From: a virus
DNA length: 8,274 nt
Virus genome (UHGV): UHGV-1341087
Direction: 5' to 3' (one strand)
The position numbers and the translations under genes were made by a program. The number at the start of each line of letters is the position of its first letter. Within the stretch, counting starts at the first letter, position 1. The notes below the pieces were generated by a model, which was not told where the DNA came from, did no database searches, and saw only the letters and a list, made by a program, of their open reading frames with translations. This document shows positions 6,995-8,274 of this stretch, one piece after another.

Positions 6995-7195
6995 ATGAAC
7001 GTTTCGCTGGTGGATATTCTTGACAAGTTGCAGCCAGGCCGACGCGTGCCAGCTCGCCGCAGTGCCTGGCATCTTCCGTACATCGTCTTTCTCGAACGGC
7101 GCGGAAACGATTTGATTGCGTTGAATCCCGTCACAGAGGATAGCGTTACGCTATCTCCTGAGAGTCTACTAGCCACAGACTGGGAGTACTGCTAA
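6995..7195 (+). CDS. Hypothetical small protein
   Basis: 66 aa from the ATG at 6995 (CAGGAG 13-18 nt upstream); the ORF track starts at a TTG at 6986. No recognised family. Confidence 0.45.
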   Translation: MNVSLVDILDKLQPGRRVPARRSAWHLPYIVFLERRGNDLIALNPVTEDSVTLSPESLLATDWEYC

Positions 7196-7241
7196 ACACA
7201 AACGCATCGAGGGTGCTGGCGTGTTGCCAGCCCCACCCCCT

Positions 7242-7463
7242 CCGAAATGATCCCCCAAAAAGTGCAAAATGATCCCCCATTAACGAACAGAAAACAAACA
7301 AAGAGCAACAAATAAGCATTATTTACAATTCTTGACAAAAACACCCCCTATTTATAACCCTACCAAATTTAAAATTACATATACAAAACAATAAGTTACA
7401 AAATCAGCAACGGATCATTTCGGAAAAAACGGTTAGTCCCTTTTTCGAAAAGGGATCATTTTG
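7242..7463. repeat. Four GATC-containing 13-mer repeats (2 direct, 2 inverted) flanking a ~130-bp AT-rich tract; candidate origin/unwinding element or methylation-sensitive control region
   Basis: aaatgatccccca exact at 7245-7257 and 7267-7279; inverted partners cggatcatttcgg (7411-7423) and gggatcattttg (7452-7463); GATC at 7249, 7271, 7413 and 7454; near-palindrome tccctttttcgaaaaggga (7437-7455). Confidence 0.5.
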
Positions 7464-7727
7464 TTGCTTAAACTCATATGCGGATTACATATCAATACGC
7501 TAGTGATAGCCGTTCTGGAATGCCACAGAAACGCGCTGTAATCGATTCTGGCGCAATTAGCTGTGCTAGGTAATGATTTACCTATCTGGGGATGTTGCGC
7601 ACGTCTGGATTGCGTTACCACCGAAGATTGTGCGCGTATGGTGGCTGTTACGGTGGCCTCCCGACAACGCAAAATTGCGGCGGCACAGTCGGTTTACCGC
7701 GCTAACACGGCTTGATTCACTCGCTCG

Positions 7728-7853
7728 ACTTGTCCCACCTCCCCCCAACTTGTCCCAAAACAGCCTAGACTTGTCCCACCTTACCTAATTTATTTCTAAC
7801 AAAATCAATTTGTTAGGTGCTAGCGGGACAGGTGGGACGGGTGGGACGGGTGG
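7728..7853. repeat. Iteron-like array B: three direct ACTTGTCCCA copies at ~21-bp spacing, AT-rich spacer, then three inverted GGGAC(A/G)GGT copies at 9-bp periodicity
   Basis: acttgtccca at 7728-7737, 7748-7757 and 7769-7778; gggacaggt / gggacgggt / gggacgggt within 7825-7851. Same core motif and same direct-then-inverted polarity as array A. Confidence 0.6.
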
Positions 7854-8126
7854 TTTTGTATATATATACGAAAAATTGCATTCAGGAGGGGGGCGAAATT
7901 CCTGCAATCCATTACTTATGGAACTGTCCGCCCCGTCAAATTTTTACGCCCGCGCAATTAAAAAAATGCGTCACGCAGGTGGGCATGATGCCGATATGCT
8001 TGTCGGGTTCAGCTTTTTAAGGCGGCTGTAGATGTCAGGTTATCCGTGCTCATCCACCAGCCAGCTTCATAGCGGATAGCCGGAAAATGGTAACGGTTAA
8101 AGCTGTACATTTTTGCAGCAAATCAT

Positions 8127-8150
8127 TTTAGTTATACGTTTAGATATACG
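8127..8150. repeat. Second tandem pair of the TTTAGTTATACG 12-mer (candidate integrase arm-type sites near the distal end)
   Basis: tttagttatacg (8127-8138) and tttagatatacg (8139-8150); 22 of 24 positions identical to 174-197. Confidence 0.4.
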
Positions 8151-8226
8151 ATTTCAAAACTCAATCAATCTACATCTTTAAAATCATGCAGTTACAGAAT
8201 CAATTAAACTACTCTCGTGGAAAAAA

Positions 8227-8250
8227 CCAACCCTTACGGTTGGTTTTTTT
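8227..8250. terminator. Rho-independent terminator, possibly bidirectional
   Basis: A-run (8221-8226), stem CCAACC (8227-8232) / GGTTGG (8238-8243), loop CTTAC, then a T-run (8244-8250). Confidence 0.5.
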
Positions 8251-8274
8251 ATATCTGCAATTAATTCGATAAAC

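Larger units (their letters stand above)
54..8274 (+). mobile_element. P4-like / PICI-like integrative element inserted at the tRNA-Pro 3' end (right boundary not established)
   Basis: A tRNA 3' end immediately followed by int, alpA and a primase/helicase replication module, all co-oriented, with arm-type repeats upstream of int. No direct repeat of the tRNA 3' end was found inside the window. Confidence 0.6.

Noticed and set aside
7433-8031. ORFs 7433-7672 (-), 7573-7788 (+), 7810-8031 (+) and 7817-8020 (+)
   Set aside because: They run through the iteron arrays and hairpins, which produces the repetitive Gly-Thr-Gly-Gly or Pro-rich translations; no RBS. The region is better explained as non-coding origin/regulatory DNA.
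8212-8219. CTCTCGTG matching 8 bp of the tRNA 3' end, as a possible attR core
   Set aside because: Too short to distinguish from chance and not extended by flanking identity; the right-hand att site must be established by comparison with an empty site.

Overview
The window opens with the 3' part of a tRNA gene (it looks like tRNA-Pro, anticodon GGG) and then runs into what I read as a compact P4-like / PICI-like integrative element, with every supported gene on the + strand. In order: a tyrosine integrase (260-1504), an AlpA/Vis-type regulator (1764-1955), a ~645-bp mostly non-coding leader containing a strong intrinsic terminator, a translationally coupled replication operon (Icd-like protein, two small hypothetical proteins, a 711-aa P-loop primase/helicase-like protein), then SSB, a FinO/ProQ-domain RNA chaperone, a PerC-like small regulator and a small hypothetical protein. 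The last ~1 kb has no convincing ORF and is dense with repeats. The most striking signals are two arrays of a TTGTCCCA motif (5442-5577 and 7728-7853) that bracket the ssb-finO-perC module, a GATC-containing 13-mer repeated four times around an AT-rich tract (7242-7463), and a 12-mer (TTTAGTTATACG) found upstream of int and again at 8127-8150. No capsid-redirection genes (sid/psu/delta-like) are visible in this window. All product calls rest on motif recognition and recall of protein families, not on database searches; none of the folding, promoter or homology claims could be computed here.
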